Positions 7,960-18,911 are shown, counted from the first letter of the stretch. The stretch: 64,000 bases of DNA from Longimicrobiales bacterium (GCA_041690395.1 JAWLHJ010000005.1:384001-448000), one strand, 5' to 3'. The notes: generated by a model from the sequence alone, not told the origin. Numbers and translations are program-made.

Positions 7960-10434
7960 ATGCACGACCTCATCCGCGACGTTCGCCAGAGTCTGAGGAT
8001 CCTCCGCAAGGAGCGGACCTTCAGCGTCACGGTCCTCCTGACCCTGGCCATCTGCATCGGCGCCAACGTCGCCATCTTCAGCGTCATCCACACGGTGCTG
8101 CTGAAGCCCCTCCCGTTCCCGCAGCCCGACCGGCTCGTCACGGTCTACAACAGCTATCCGGGTGCCGGCTCCCCGCGTGGGGGCAACGGGACGGTGGACT
8201 TCTTCCAGCGGCGGGAGAACATCGACGCCTTCCAGGAGGTCGCGCTCTACACCGGATCGGGGAACACCATCGGGGAGGCCGGAGCCACCGAGCGCGTGAG
8301 CTCCATGCGGGTCACGCCCTCCTTCTTCCCCCTCCTGGGGATCCAGCCCGCCCTGGGCCGCGGCTTCACCGAGGAGGAGATGGAGGAAGGCAACCATCAG
8401 CAGGTGATCCTCACGCACGGCTACTGGCAGGAGCAGTTCGGCGGCGCCCCGGACGTGGTGGGCAGGGAGCTCCGGGTGGACGGGCGTCCCTTCACGGTGG
8501 TGGGCGTCCTGGGTGAGGACTTCCCGCGTCTGTTCCAGCAGGAAGCGCGGCTGGTGCTGCCCGTCGCCTTCTCGCCGGAGGATCGGGATCTGGACAACTG
8601 GCACAGCAACAACTTCTCCATGATCGCCCGGCTCGGCTCCGGAGCCACCGTCGAGCAGGCCAACGCCCAGAACGCCGCGCTGAACGATGCCCTCATCGAT
8701 TCCTGGCCGCTGCCCAACGCCCGGCAGCTGCTCACGGACGTCGGGTACGGCACCGTGGTGGTGTCCACGCAGGAGGACCTGGTGCGGGACGTCCGCCCCC
8801 TCCTCTACATGCTCTGGTCGGGGGTGGTGTTCGTCCTCCTCATCGGCTGCGTGAACATCGCCAACCTCATGCTCGCCCGCGCCCAGACCCGTCGGACCGA
8901 GGTCGCCACGCAGCTCGCCCTCGGCGCGGGACGGTCGCGGGTCGCCCGTCAGGTGCTCACCGAGGCCGTGGTCATGGGGCTGGTGGGAGGCGTGCTCGGC
9001 GTAGGGCTCGGGTCCGCCGGCCTCGGGCTGCTCCGGACCTTCGGCACGGAGGCGCTCCCTCGTGGCACCGACATCGCCATCGACGGGCCGGTCCTCCTTT
9101 TCACGGCGGTCCTGGCCGTGGCGGCGGGCGCCATCTTCGGAGCCATTCCCATGGCGCAGATCATGCGCGGCGACCTGTCGACGGTCTTCCGCTCCGGGGG
9201 GCGCACGGGGACGGCGAATCGCCGGGCGGTGCTCCTCAGGAACGCCCTCGTCACGGGCCAGGTGGCCCTCGCGTTCGTCATGCTCATCGGGGCGGGACTC
9301 ATGCTCGCCAGCTTCCGGGCCGCCCTCTCCGTGGATCCGGGCTTCCGGCCCGACGGCGTGTTCACCGCGTTCGTGTCGTTGCCGAGCGCGCGCTACGAGG
9401 GACCCGAGGAGCGGCGGCAGCTCTGGGACGGCCTGCTGGCCGAGGTCAGGGCGATCCCCTCGGTGGACGCGGCGTCCATCACAACGCAGCTCCCGTTCAC
9501 GAACAACAACTCCAACAGCGTCATCTTCCCCGAGGGCCACGAGATCCCACCCGGAGAGTCGCTCCTGTCACCCGTCCAGACCATCGCGGGCCCGGGCTAC
9601 TTCGAATCCATGGGGATCGAGGTGGTGGAGGGAAGGGCCTTCGGACCCCAGGACGGGCCGGACGACGTCCAGGTCATCGTCCTCGACGAGTGGCTGGCGC
9701 GCCGGTACTGGCCGGACGGGGGCGCCGTGGGCTCGCGCATGGTCTACGGCTCGATTCCCGGCCAGGACTCCATTCCCGAGGACAACTTCTACACCATCGT
9801 CGGCGTGGTGAGCACCATCAAGCACAACGATCTCACGGCTCCGGAATCCGAGCACGTGGGTGCGTACTACTTCGACTACCGGCAGCTCACACCCGGGTCC
9901 GCCGTGCTGACGGCCCGCGTCGACGGAGACGCCTCCTCCATCACCCAGCCGGTGCGGGAGGCGCTTCAGGAGTTGGACGCCGAGCTCCCGCTCTTCGGGG
10001 TGGAGACCATGCGGCAGAGGGTCGACGACTCGCTGATCCAGCGGCGTGTGCCCCTGGTGCTGCTGGGCGTGTTCGCCGGCGTGGCCCTCTTCCTGGCGAT
10101 GGTGGGCATCTATGGTGCGCTGGCCTACTCGGTGACTCAGCGGCGTCGGGAGATCGGGATCCGCATGGCGGTGGGCTCGGCGCCGGGGGACATGTTCCGC
10201 TCGGTGGTGGGCCAGGGACTCCGCGTCACGGTCTTCGGGCTCGTCGTGGGCGTCGGCGCCGCGCTCTTTCTCACCCGCCTCATCCAGTCCCTGCTGTTCG
10301 ACGTGGAGGCCACGGACCCGATGATCCTCGCCTCCGCGGCGGCCGTGCTGGCGGTGGTCGGGCTGGTGGCGTGCATGATCCCCGCCCGGCGGGCGACGAG
10401 CGTGGACCCGGTGGAGGCGCTGGCGGGGGAGTAG
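7960..10434 (+). CDS. Duplicated ABC transporter permease (ADOP/MacB-FtsX family)
   Basis: LTLAICIGANVAIFSV, LLIGCVNIANL..R..E, GIYGALAYSVTQRRREIGIRMAVG, PARRATSVDPVEAL. Confidence 0.92.
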   Translation: MHDLIRDVRQSLRILRKERTFSVTVLLTLAICIGANVAIFSVIHTVLLKPLPFPQPDRLVTVYNSYPGAGSPRGGNGTVDFFQRRENIDAFQEVALYTGSGNTIGEAGATERVSSMRVTPSFFPLLGIQPALGRGFTEEEMEEGNHQQVILTHGYWQEQFGGAPDVVGRELRVDGRPFTVVGVLGEDFPRLFQQEARLVLPVAFSPEDRDLDNWHSNNFSMIARLGSGATVEQANAQNAALNDALIDSWPLPNARQLLTDVGYGTVVVSTQEDLVRDVRPLLYMLWSGVVFVLLIGCVNIANLMLARAQTRRTEVATQLALGAGRSRVARQVLTEAVVMGLVGGVLGVGLGSAGLGLLRTFGTEALPRGTDIAIDGPVLLFTAVLAVAAGAIFGAIPMAQIMRGDLSTVFRSGGRTGTANRRAVLLRNALVTGQVALAFVMLIGAGLMLASFRAALSVDPGFRPDGVFTAFVSLPSARYEGPEERRQLWDGLLAEVRAIPSVDAASITTQLPFTNNNSNSVIFPEGHEIPPGESLLSPVQTIAGPGYFESMGIEVVEGRAFGPQDGPDDVQVIVLDEWLARRYWPDGGAVGSRMVYGSIPGQDSIPEDNFYTIVGVVSTIKHNDLTAPESEHVGAYYFDYRQLTPGSAVLTARVDGDASSITQPVREALQELDAELPLFGVETMRQRVDDSLIQRRVPLVLLGVFAGVALFLAMVGIYGALAYSVTQRRREIGIRMAVGSAPGDMFRSVVGQGLRVTVFGLVVGVGAALFLTRLIQSLLFDVEATDPMILASAAAVLAVVGLVACMIPARRATSVDPVEALAGE

Positions 10435-10524
10435 GCTCCACATCCCGCGACGCGTCACGTGGCCTCCGGTCCGCTCGTTGCCATGGAGGCGAGAAGCGGA
10501 TCCATGGAGCGGAGGAGAGCAGGG

Positions 10525-11367
10525 ATGATCCCCGGGCGTGCCACCACGACGGCGTGGCTCTGTGTCACAGCCCTTCTGGGCTGCGGATCCAGCGGGCCGC
10601 TGGGCCCCATCGTCAGCGAGGACGTCTCCATCACGCTGGCGGTGTCCGGAGGCCTCATCGGCCAGTCGTTCGAGTTCCTCGTCGACGGGGAGACGCGGGA
10701 GATCGTCGGTGTCCGGTGTGACGCGCACTGCGACTTCGAGGCGGGGGACGTCATCCTCCCGGTCTCGGAGGCTCAGGTCGCCGATCTGGCCCGGCGGCTG
10801 GAGGAAGCCGGCGTCTTCGAGAACGCGGGGGACTACGAGTTCCCGTGCTGCGATCAGATCGGCTACGACCTGCGGTACCGGAGGGGGGAGCGCACCGCAC
10901 GGGTCCAGGGTAGCGACCAGGCCATCCCCCGGGAGCTGGCCACGGCCATCGCGCACGTTGTCGCCCTCGGCCACGGACGGGTCCCCATGCTGGTGGCACA
11001 CGACACCGAGCCCTCGGACTGGCCCCGCGATGCCTACACCCTCGGAGCTGTGGAGGCGGACGGACGCACGCTCCGCGCCGAGGTGAGCTACGGCGGAGGC
11101 TGCAGGGCCCACCGGATGGACCTGGTAGCCTACGGTGGATGGCTCGAGTCCCACCCGGTCCAGGTCAACGCCCTCATCACCCACGACGACGGCGACGACC
11201 CCTGCGACGCCTACCTCACGGAGGAGCGCGCCTTCGATCTGACGCCTCTCGCTCGTGCGTGGGTCGACGCGTACGGCGCCCCGTCCGGTCCCATCCGCAT
11301 CAACCTCAGGCTGTGGGATCCCGTGAGTGGCAGCCCCGTGGGACGCCTCATCGAGCTGGAGCTCTGA
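10525..11367 (+). CDS. Lipoprotein, hypothetical (C-terminal VSYGGGC..H domain, NigD-C-like)
   Basis: GGAGGAG RBS at 10511; lipobox ALLGC; Cys pairs. Confidence 0.65.
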   Translation: MIPGRATTTAWLCVTALLGCGSSGPLGPIVSEDVSITLAVSGGLIGQSFEFLVDGETREIVGVRCDAHCDFEAGDVILPVSEAQVADLARRLEEAGVFENAGDYEFPCCDQIGYDLRYRRGERTARVQGSDQAIPRELATAIAHVVALGHGRVPMLVAHDTEPSDWPRDAYTLGAVEADGRTLRAEVSYGGGCRAHRMDLVAYGGWLESHPVQVNALITHDDGDDPCDAYLTEERAFDLTPLARAWVDAYGAPSGPIRINLRLWDPVSGSPVGRLIELEL

Positions 11368-11382
11368 GCGGCCTTTCCCCGC

Positions 11383-13812
11383 TCAGGAGACCGGCGGTGG
11401 CCTCTTCTTCAGGATGAAGAACCCCTCCTGCATGCTCGTCACGAGAATGGCGCCGCTCTCGAAGAACGGGTACGTGCTCCACGCGCCGCCGAACCCCGGC
11501 CCGTCACCGTACGGTGAGGTGTCGAACATCCCGACCTCCACCGGATTCAGGGGGTCCGAGGTGTCGAGGATGTGCAGCCCGTACTTGTAGTTCGCCTGGT
11601 AGGTGAAGTCGCCCTTCACGTAGAGGTTGTGCGCGCTGGCCGGAAGCGAGCCGAAGAACTCCAGGGCGAGGACCGGATCCTCGAGGTCGGCCACGTCCCA
11701 CATGAGGGTGCGCGTGGTCTCGACGTTTCCGGCGATGACGTCGCTCTCGTCGTTCATGATGAAGTACCGGTGATCCTCGGTCAGCCAACCCTGGTGCATG
11801 TACGCCGGGTTCGGGTGCGAGGCCGTGGAGAGCTCGACCGGGTCGGCCTTGTCCGTGACGTCCGAGATCTGGAAGCGACTCCCCGACATGCGGAGGCAGA
11901 TCTCGCGGCCGCGGTATCCCTCGTCCGGCCCCTGGTAGAGCACGCACTGCGCGTCGTGGGAGTCCCCGGGGTCGGAGCACCCGACGAAGGTCGGGTCGAG
12001 GGGATCGCTGATGTCCACCATGTGGAGTCCGGCGCATCCTCGGCTGGTGAGGTAGGCGAACCCGGTATCCTCGTTGATGATGACGTTGTGGGTGCTCTCG
12101 ACGACGTTGAGTCCGTCGCCCCGGTAGAGGAGGTCTGGCTCGAAGATGACGGGTGGGTCCGTGACGTCCCTCAGTCGCGTCAGATCGAAGACCTGCATCC
12201 CGTGGGCCCCCGCGCCGTCCGCGACGATGAACGCGTGGTCCTTGAACGTCTTGATGTCACGCCACAGCTGGGATCGCGGCGTATCGGGCGTCTTCGGAAG
12301 GTCGCCCACGAGAACGGGGTTGGTCGGGTCGGTGATGTCGATGAAGGACGTCCCGTCGTTGCGACCGACCAGGGCGTACTCCCGCCCCGTCGCGGCATCG
12401 GTCCATCCCCAGTTGTCGTTGGCCCGAACCCCACGCGCGTGCTCGGGCGCGGTGAGCATCGCGGCCGGAACGTACGCATACAACTCGACGTCGGTGCAGT
12501 CGAACTGCTCCACCGAGCCGTCGACGCACCGGCGCTCCTCCCCGGTCACCGCCCCCATCGCGTCGGGCGGGCTCAGAAGAAGATCGACCTGTTGCCACGC
12601 CCCGCCGCCGTCCCGCTCGTACACGAAGACGCCCCCGGCCTGATGGTCGAGACCCGAGGCGGTGACGGCGACGACTTCGCCGTCCGAGACCACGCGGTGA
12701 CCGAAGGAGTCTTCCGTATTGGTCTCCTCTTCGGTGAACCGGAAGGTGCGCACCTCGGCGTCCGAGAAGACGAAGGTCATCCCGGTTTCGATGCCTCGAG
12801 CGACGGGGGCGCCGATCCAGACGTCCGCCCCGGCGAGCGCCACGGCGTTGCCGAAGATGTCGCGCTCCAGCGGCTCCGGTGCGTCGATTCGGGTCGGTCG
12901 CGACCAGCTGCTCCCGTCCTCTCGGGCCCGGTACATGTACGCCGTGCCGATACCGGAGCCGGCGTTGGGTGCGCCGACGAGCACCCGGTCGTCGGTCATC
13001 GTGATGGCGGAGCCGAACGACGCCTGCGCCTCGGCCTCCACGGGGAGCTCGCCGGACGCCTGCCACGTCCCGTTCCGCAGCCGGTACTCGAAGACCCGAC
13101 CCGCGGCCTCGGCCGCACCGTCGTCCCCGGCCGCGAACGGTGCTCCCACGAGCGCGCGATCCCCGCTCATCGCGATGGCGGCGCCGAACGCGTCGCCGCT
13201 CGCCGAAGCCGGCGCCCGGAAGCGCTGGGCCTCGGACCAGCGGCCATCCGGTCCGCGCCGGTAGGCGTAGACCATACCCGCCGGCGCCGCTTCGCCGGCC
13301 TCGTCGTTCCCGCGACGAAGCGCCAGTCGGCTCTGCTCCGTCTGGACCCCACTCTGGCCGACGAGGAGCCAGTCACCCGCGGCCGCCATCGAGAGCCCGA
13401 AATCGACCCCGCAATACCCGTTGTAGTTGCACCCCGGGTCCAGCGTCTCGAGTGCCTCCGTGTCGAGCACGGAGGCGTGCGCCCAGTCATCGCCCGAGCG
13501 CTCGAAGGCGTCGATGCGACCGTCGCGGCTCGCCACGAAGAGGGTGGTGCCGGTCGACGCGAGGAGGGCCCCGAAGCCGTCCGCCCGCTCCGCATCCGGT
13601 GCCGTCAGCCGACCGGTCTCCATCCAGGCCCCGCCCTGTTTCCGGTAGAGGTAGACGGTGCCGGGGCGGAAGGTGTTGTTCGGCTCTCCGACGATGAGCG
13701 CGTCGCCGTCGACCAGGACCGCGTTGCCGAAGGAGCCGGATTGAGCGGTGGCGGGTGCGACGAGCACGCCGAAGAGGAGGATCGAGAGGGCGAGACGGGC
13801 GAGGGGCGCCAT
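11383..13812 (-). CDS. Choice-of-anchor B family protein with N-terminal FG-GAP repeats
   Basis: Signal peptide; repeated FG.A.A..GD..LVGAP; ANDNWGWTD..GREYALVG, WRDIKT, YMHQGW, GAWSTYPFF. Confidence 0.88.
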   Translation of the reverse strand: MAPLARLALSILLFGVLVAPATAQSGSFGNAVLVDGDALIVGEPNNTFRPGTVYLYRKQGGAWMETGRLTAPDAERADGFGALLASTGTTLFVASRDGRIDAFERSGDDWAHASVLDTEALETLDPGCNYNGYCGVDFGLSMAAAGDWLLVGQSGVQTEQSRLALRRGNDEAGEAAPAGMVYAYRRGPDGRWSEAQRFRAPASASGDAFGAAIAMSGDRALVGAPFAAGDDGAAEAAGRVFEYRLRNGTWQASGELPVEAEAQASFGSAITMTDDRVLVGAPNAGSGIGTAYMYRAREDGSSWSRPTRIDAPEPLERDIFGNAVALAGADVWIGAPVARGIETGMTFVFSDAEVRTFRFTEEETNTEDSFGHRVVSDGEVVAVTASGLDHQAGGVFVYERDGGGAWQQVDLLLSPPDAMGAVTGEERRCVDGSVEQFDCTDVELYAYVPAAMLTAPEHARGVRANDNWGWTDAATGREYALVGRNDGTSFIDITDPTNPVLVGDLPKTPDTPRSQLWRDIKTFKDHAFIVADGAGAHGMQVFDLTRLRDVTDPPVIFEPDLLYRGDGLNVVESTHNVIINEDTGFAYLTSRGCAGLHMVDISDPLDPTFVGCSDPGDSHDAQCVLYQGPDEGYRGREICLRMSGSRFQISDVTDKADPVELSTASHPNPAYMHQGWLTEDHRYFIMNDESDVIAGNVETTRTLMWDVADLEDPVLALEFFGSLPASAHNLYVKGDFTYQANYKYGLHILDTSDPLNPVEVGMFDTSPYGDGPGFGGAWSTYPFFESGAILVTSMQEGFFILKKRPPPVS

Positions 13813-13972
13813 GGGGCCTCCGGAGCGGGCGATATCGCGAGGATGCTGGCCGAAAGAATACGCCCCCTCGACCCCGGAGGCGAGCTTGCGCCGCCCGCTG
13901 ACGCCCCGGTAACCTCCCGCCGCGCTATTCGGGATCCACCCGGAACGCCGCCGAGCTCCAGGAGACCTTGAA

Positions 13973-15037
13973 ATGGCAGGACCAGCCGGACTGACCGTAG
14001 GTGAGATCGCGGAGCGCCTGGAGGCCACCGTGGAGGGGGATCCGGAGCGGGTCGTCTCGGGGGTGTCCACCCTCGACGAGGCGACTCCGAGCGACATCGC
14101 GTGGGTCGGCTCCGAGGCCTTCCTCCGAAAAGCGGCCACGTCCTCCGCGGGAGCGATCGTGTTGCCCCAGGCCGGCGCGCTCTCGACCTCGGCCTCACTG
14201 ATCCGCGTGGCGGATCCCGACCTGGCCATCGTGGCCGTTCAGGGGTGGCTGGCACCGCCCGCCCATTCCGTCGACGAAGGCGTCGATCCCACGGCCTCCA
14301 TCGGCGAGGGCGCGGTCGTGACCGGCGCCCGCATCGGCCCCCACGTGTCCGTCGGTAAGGGCGCCGTGATCGGACGCGGGACCCAGCTGCATGCCGGCGT
14401 GCGCGTCGGCGACGGCACCACCATCGGCGAGGACTGCGTGCTCTGGCCGAACGTGGTCGTCCGGGAGCGGATCCGGATCGGGGACCGGGTGATCATCCAC
14501 CCCAACAGCACCATCGGGGCCGACGGCTTCGGGTTCCTGTTCCGTGGGGGGCGGCACGTGAAGATCCCGCAGACCGGGTGGGTCGAGATCGGGAACGACG
14601 TGGAGATGGGCGCGAACAACACCATCGACCGGGGGCGCACCGGGGCCACGCGCGTGGGCGACGGCGTGAAGACGGACAACCAGGTGCACATCGGTCACAA
14701 CGTGGTGATCGGCGATCACAGCATGTTGATCGCCATGACCGCCATCGGCGGATCGTCGGTGCTCGGTCATCACGTCATCATCTCCGGTCACTGCGGGGTG
14801 ACGGATCACGTGCGCATCGGCGACGGCGTGCAGTGCGGCGCGTTCAGCATGATCACGAACGACGTGCCCGACGGCGCGGTGCTCAAGGGCGATCCGGCCA
14901 CCGGTCTCATGACCGAGCAGCGCCAGAGAGCCTCCGTGCGACGGCTGCCGAAGCTGCGTGCGACGATCGACGCGCTCGAGAGCCGGGTTCGGGAGCTGGA
15001 GGCGGCGCTCCCCGACCGTCCCCCACCGACGGAATAG
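13973..15037 (+). CDS. lpxD: UDP-3-O-(3-hydroxymyristoyl)glucosamine N-acyltransferase
   Basis: Hexapeptide repeats; IGADGFGF, KIPQTG, IDRG, DNQVHIGHNV. Confidence 0.95.
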   Translation: MAGPAGLTVGEIAERLEATVEGDPERVVSGVSTLDEATPSDIAWVGSEAFLRKAATSSAGAIVLPQAGALSTSASLIRVADPDLAIVAVQGWLAPPAHSVDEGVDPTASIGEGAVVTGARIGPHVSVGKGAVIGRGTQLHAGVRVGDGTTIGEDCVLWPNVVVRERIRIGDRVIIHPNSTIGADGFGFLFRGGRHVKIPQTGWVEIGNDVEMGANNTIDRGRTGATRVGDGVKTDNQVHIGHNVVIGDHSMLIAMTAIGGSSVLGHHVIISGHCGVTDHVRIGDGVQCGAFSMITNDVPDGAVLKGDPATGLMTEQRQRASVRRLPKLRATIDALESRVRELEAALPDRPPPTE

Positions 15038-15055
15038 GCATCCAACGGAGCACCC

Positions 15056-16264
15056 ATGAACGTGATGGTCAGCGAGCTCGACGGTACGTCCGTCGCGGCG
15101 GGGCCGGTCGAGGTGGTGGAGCGTAAGGGGCTCGGCCATCCGGACACGATATGCGACGCGCTCGCCGAAGAAGTGAGCCTCGCGCTCTCGCGGTTCTACC
15201 GGGAGCGGTTCGGGTTCGTGCTGCACCACAACGTCGACAAGGTGATGCTACGCGGCGGCTCGGCGCGGCCGGCCTTCGGGGGCGGTGAGGTGCTCGAGCC
15301 GATCGAGCTCTACATCGCGGGCCGCGCGACGCGGGAGTACCGTGGCGTCAAGGTCCCCGTGGACGAGCTCGCCATCGAGGCCTCCCGGTCGTGGCTGTCC
15401 GCCAACCTGCGCGGGCTCGACGTGGACCGTCATGTACGTGTGCACTGTCTCGTCCGACCGGGCTCCGTGGAGCTCGTGGAGCTGTTCGAGCGGCAGCGCA
15501 CGGGCCTCGCCCCACGACTGGCGAACGACACGTCGGTGGGCGTGGGCTTCGCACCTCTGACCCCGTTGGAGCGCGCGGTGCTCGCGGCGGACGTGAGCCT
15601 GCGGAGTCCGGCCGTGCCCGAGCGCGGCGAGGACGTGAAGCTGATGGGCGTGCGTGTCGGCGCCCACACGTCTCTGACCGTGGCGTGCGCGTTCGTCGGC
15701 GGGCACATTCGCGATCTGGATGCCTATCTCGCGGCACGGTCCCGTGCCGCCGGGGACGTTCGGGCCGCGGCCACGGAAGTCCTCGGCGTCGAGCCGGCGG
15801 TGGACGTCAACACCGCCGACGACCCGGCCGCCGGGAGCGTGTACCTGACGGTCACCGGGACGTCCGCGGAGGCCGGCGACGACGGCCAGACGGGTAGGGG
15901 CAACCGCGCGAACGGATTGATCACGCCCGCGCGGCCGATGACCATCGAATCGTACGCGGGCAAGAACCCGATCACGCACGTGGGGAAGCTCTACAACGTC
16001 GCGGCGACGCGGATCGCCGAGGAGATCGTATCGGGCGTCGAAGGCGCGGAGGAGGCCCTGGTCTTCGTCGTCAGCCGGATCGGCACCCCGATCGGGGAGC
16101 CATGGATCGTGCACGTGCGGGTGCGTGCCGAGACCACGGCGCGGGTGGCGGAGCTCGCGCCTCACGCGGACGAGATCGCGCGCCGTCACCTCGCGGATAT
16201 CGGCTCGTTGTGGGAGCTGCTGCTCTCGCACAACCTCGCGACGGACCGGGTGGGTAGCTTCTGA
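15056..16264 (+). CDS. mat: Archaeal-type S-adenosylmethionine synthetase
   Basis: [64 protein letters not shown]. Confidence 0.92.
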   Translation: MNVMVSELDGTSVAAGPVEVVERKGLGHPDTICDALAEEVSLALSRFYRERFGFVLHHNVDKVMLRGGSARPAFGGGEVLEPIELYIAGRATREYRGVKVPVDELAIEASRSWLSANLRGLDVDRHVRVHCLVRPGSVELVELFERQRTGLAPRLANDTSVGVGFAPLTPLERAVLAADVSLRSPAVPERGEDVKLMGVRVGAHTSLTVACAFVGGHIRDLDAYLAARSRAAGDVRAAATEVLGVEPAVDVNTADDPAAGSVYLTVTGTSAEAGDDGQTGRGNRANGLITPARPMTIESYAGKNPITHVGKLYNVAATRIAEEIVSGVEGAEEALVFVVSRIGTPIGEPWIVHVRVRAETTARVAELAPHADEIARRHLADIGSLWELLLSHNLATDRVGSF

Positions 16265-16310
16265 CCCGGCACGTGGGCACGGCGCGCCACCCGGCGCGGT
16301 GAGCCTGTGG

Positions 16311-17054
16311 CTACGGAGCGTCGTAGATGACGGGCGTCTGCCCCTTCCAGCGTGCCCAGAGATCCGGGTCGGTCAGAAGCGAGGCCATGAAGTGCGCCAC
16401 GTTGATCCGACTCGTCCGGCCGGCATCGAAGATCGCGCTCCGCGTCGGCGATGGGTGGAGCTCGTAGCTCGAGACGTCGTCTTGATCGACCAGGCTGTCG
16501 GGGCGCACGGCGACCCACTCGAGGTCCGGATGCGACGGCCCGACCTCCGTTCGTAGGTATCGGGCGGCGCCTTCATTGTCGGCGTGTGGAGGAAGTAGAG
16601 CACGGAGCGCGAGGATGACGAGCCTCTCGGAGAGAGGGACTCGGTCGTCTACTTCGGGGTTTCGCACCCCGGTGGTGTTCATCAGGACGAAGCGACGGGG
16701 CTCGTCACCCTTCTCCGCCCGAAGAGCCTCGCAGATCCGGCGAGTCACGTCGGTCACCAGGCGGTAGGGCGGACCGAACAGGCCTTTGAAGGTCAGGTTG
16801 TGCCCGAGGCACGATGCGGCAGCCTCGCAGCCGGCGACCAGCGCCCGGATGGCGTCGTCATTCACCTCCGATAGGTTCGCCTCGACCACCGAGAGCTCGG
16901 GCCTGCCGCGCAGCGACTCGTCGAGCCGAGCCGCATCCCGCACGACGATCCGGACGGATGCACCACGATAGAGGAGCTCCTTCACGAGGAGGCGGCCGGT
17001 TGCTCCGGTGGCTCCGAGAACGAGGTACGTTGGGCGAGCTTCGGGACTCGACAC
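16311..17054 (-). CDS. NAD(P)H-binding Rossmann protein (atypical SDR)
   Basis: VLGATGATGR, W.AVRP. Confidence 0.85.
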   Translation of the reverse strand: MSSPEARPTYLVLGATGATGRLLVKELLYRGASVRIVVRDAARLDESLRGRPELSVVEANLSEVNDDAIRALVAGCEAAASCLGHNLTFKGLFGPPYRLVTDVTRRICEALRAEKGDEPRRFVLMNTTGVRNPEVDDRVPLSERLVILALRALLPPHADNEGAARYLRTEVGPSHPDLEWVAVRPDSLVDQDDVSSYELHPSPTRSAIFDAGRTSRINVAHFMASLLTDPDLWARWKGQTPVIYDAP

Positions 17055-17197
17055 GGTGCGACTCCGTCGGGAAGGTATCGGATATCATCATCAGATCATG
17101 GCGAGACAGGATGAAAAGCACTCCCGCCACACGCGCCGGGGATGAGGGTATGTGGTCGAAGAACAGTGGCCACGTGGGCGAATGCGGGAGACGGTCG

Positions 17198-18181
17198 ATG
17201 CAGAACCAAATATCGAAGGTGGTGGTTGTGGGTGCGTCGGCAGGAGGGATGGAGGCGCTCACGGGCCTGGTAGCGCAACTGCCCGCGGACTTTCCGGCGC
17301 CTGTACTCATCGTCAATCACATGGGAGCGGAAACCACCGGCGACCCGCTGGTGAGGGCGCTGAACGAGGCAGGGAGCATGCCGTGCGGCCATGCCAGGGA
17401 CGAGGAGCCCTTCGAGCGTGGGCATGTCTATCTGGCGCCCTCCGACCAGCACCTTCTGGTTGTCAGGGGCAAGATGCTCGTGACCAAGGGAGCGCGTGAG
17501 AATCGCTACCGACCCGCCATCGATCCCTTGTTCCGCAGTGCTGCGGTGGCGTACGGCAAGGGGGTGATCGGTGTCATCCTCACCGGCTATCTCGACGACG
17601 GCACCAGCGGCATGATGGCCGTGAAGCGCTGCGGCGGCATTTCGGTTGTCCAGGACCCGGCCGACGCGGCGCATCCGGATATGCCGCAGTCCGTCATCAC
17701 GCATGTGGGTGCTGACTACTGCGTGCCGCTCGCGCGAATGGGTTCGCTGCTCGAGAAGCTGGTGGCGCGCGTGGAGGGAGTCAGCGACGAGCCGCCCGAG
17801 GATCTCGTCATCGAGGCGGAGATCGCGCAACGCGTGGTAAGCGACCTGAAGTCGGTGGATCGGCTGGGACATCAGGTACCCTTCAACTGCCCCGACTGCG
17901 GCGGCGTGCTGTGGCAGATGAAGCACGGCAATGTGCCGAGGTTCCGCTGTCATACCGGGCATGCATTCTCATCGGCCGCCTTGCTCGCAGAACAGAGCGA
18001 AAAGGTCGAGGAAACCCTGTGGGTGGCGCTGCGCATGTTCGAGGAGCGCCAGAACCTGATATCCACGATGGGCAGCAGCCAGAAGGATCTGCCTTCATCG
18101 GTGGTCGAGCGGGTCAAGGACTCCCAGGTCCACATCGACAGGATTCGCGCCATGCTCCACGCTACCGACGGAGATGCCTGA
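17198..18181 (+). CDS. CheB-like methylesterase with C-terminal Cys/His extension
   Basis: VVGASAGG, H-MG, RPAIDPLFRSAA, ILTGYLDDG; C-terminal CPDCGG..FRCHTGH; no receiver domain. Confidence 0.9.
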   Translation: MQNQISKVVVVGASAGGMEALTGLVAQLPADFPAPVLIVNHMGAETTGDPLVRALNEAGSMPCGHARDEEPFERGHVYLAPSDQHLLVVRGKMLVTKGARENRYRPAIDPLFRSAAVAYGKGVIGVILTGYLDDGTSGMMAVKRCGGISVVQDPADAAHPDMPQSVITHVGADYCVPLARMGSLLEKLVARVEGVSDEPPEDLVIEAEIAQRVVSDLKSVDRLGHQVPFNCPDCGGVLWQMKHGNVPRFRCHTGHAFSSAALLAEQSEKVEETLWVALRMFEERQNLISTMGSSQKDLPSSVVERVKDSQVHIDRIRAMLHATDGDA

Positions 18182-18231
18182 TTGCGCCGCCTCCGCTCAC
18201 CCGGTAGCGTCCGATCAGACCATGGAGACCG

Positions 18232-18909
18232 ATGAAAGCTGCTCTCGTGTTGTTCGCCGGCGTCTCTTCCTTGGCCGTCGTGTGTGCCTCCGCGCTGGGA
18301 GCACAGGACGATCTGGCGAGCTACTACGAGGTCCCCCCCGTCGCCCTACCCGACACGTTGTGCGAGTCCCATGTGGGAGGAGACTTCAGGTTGACGGTCC
18401 TCCGTACCGCGGATTCCGAGCGTGATCGAGAGTTGCTTCAACGAGCCGAGAGCCTCTTCCCTCCTCGGGAGTCGATCGAAGCAGAGAGAGCCGACTATCT
18501 GAGGGCCCGGGGTGAGCGCGGCATGGCGGTTCAGATGGAGGACGTCGCCTCGATGGACGGTCCCCGGTGGTGGTGGCACAGCTTCGACGAGACGCTGCTA
18601 CCCTATGCGCTGACCGGTCCTGCTGTTGCGTACTATCTCGAGCGCATGCGGGACCTGGCAGCGGGCCCGAACCCGCTGGCGGAGTATACCGGGACGGATT
18701 GGCATAGCGGTGAAGTGGACTACCGCGCGGGGGTCCAGTGCCGCGGCGATCAGGGTCATTGCGTCGTGGAGATGCGGCTGCGTTGGAAGTACACCTGCGG
18801 CTCCCTATGCGCGATCGGTCTCATCGAGGAACGCTCGGTCACGTTCGATGCCTCGGGCGAGATCATCTCGGTCGAGGGTGACGGACCCCCGAGGTATGGG
18901 GTCAGCTAG
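18232..18909 (+). CDS. Secreted hypothetical protein
   Basis: GGAG RBS, signal peptide, YTCGSLC motif. Confidence 0.65.
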   Translation: MKAALVLFAGVSSLAVVCASALGAQDDLASYYEVPPVALPDTLCESHVGGDFRLTVLRTADSERDRELLQRAESLFPPRESIEAERADYLRARGERGMAVQMEDVASMDGPRWWWHSFDETLLPYALTGPAVAYYLERMRDLAAGPNPLAEYTGTDWHSGEVDYRAGVQCRGDQGHCVVEMRLRWKYTCGSLCAIGLIEERSVTFDASGEIISVEGDGPPRYGVS

Positions 18910-18911
18910 TA

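Noticed and set aside
5487..8141. Long antisense or alternate-frame ORFs (e.g. 5487-8141, 11572-13971, 37588-39999, 52686-55508, 56364-59057)
   Set aside because: Shadow ORFs of high-GC genes: Arg/Gly/Pro-rich, no motifs, and overlapping well-supported genes.
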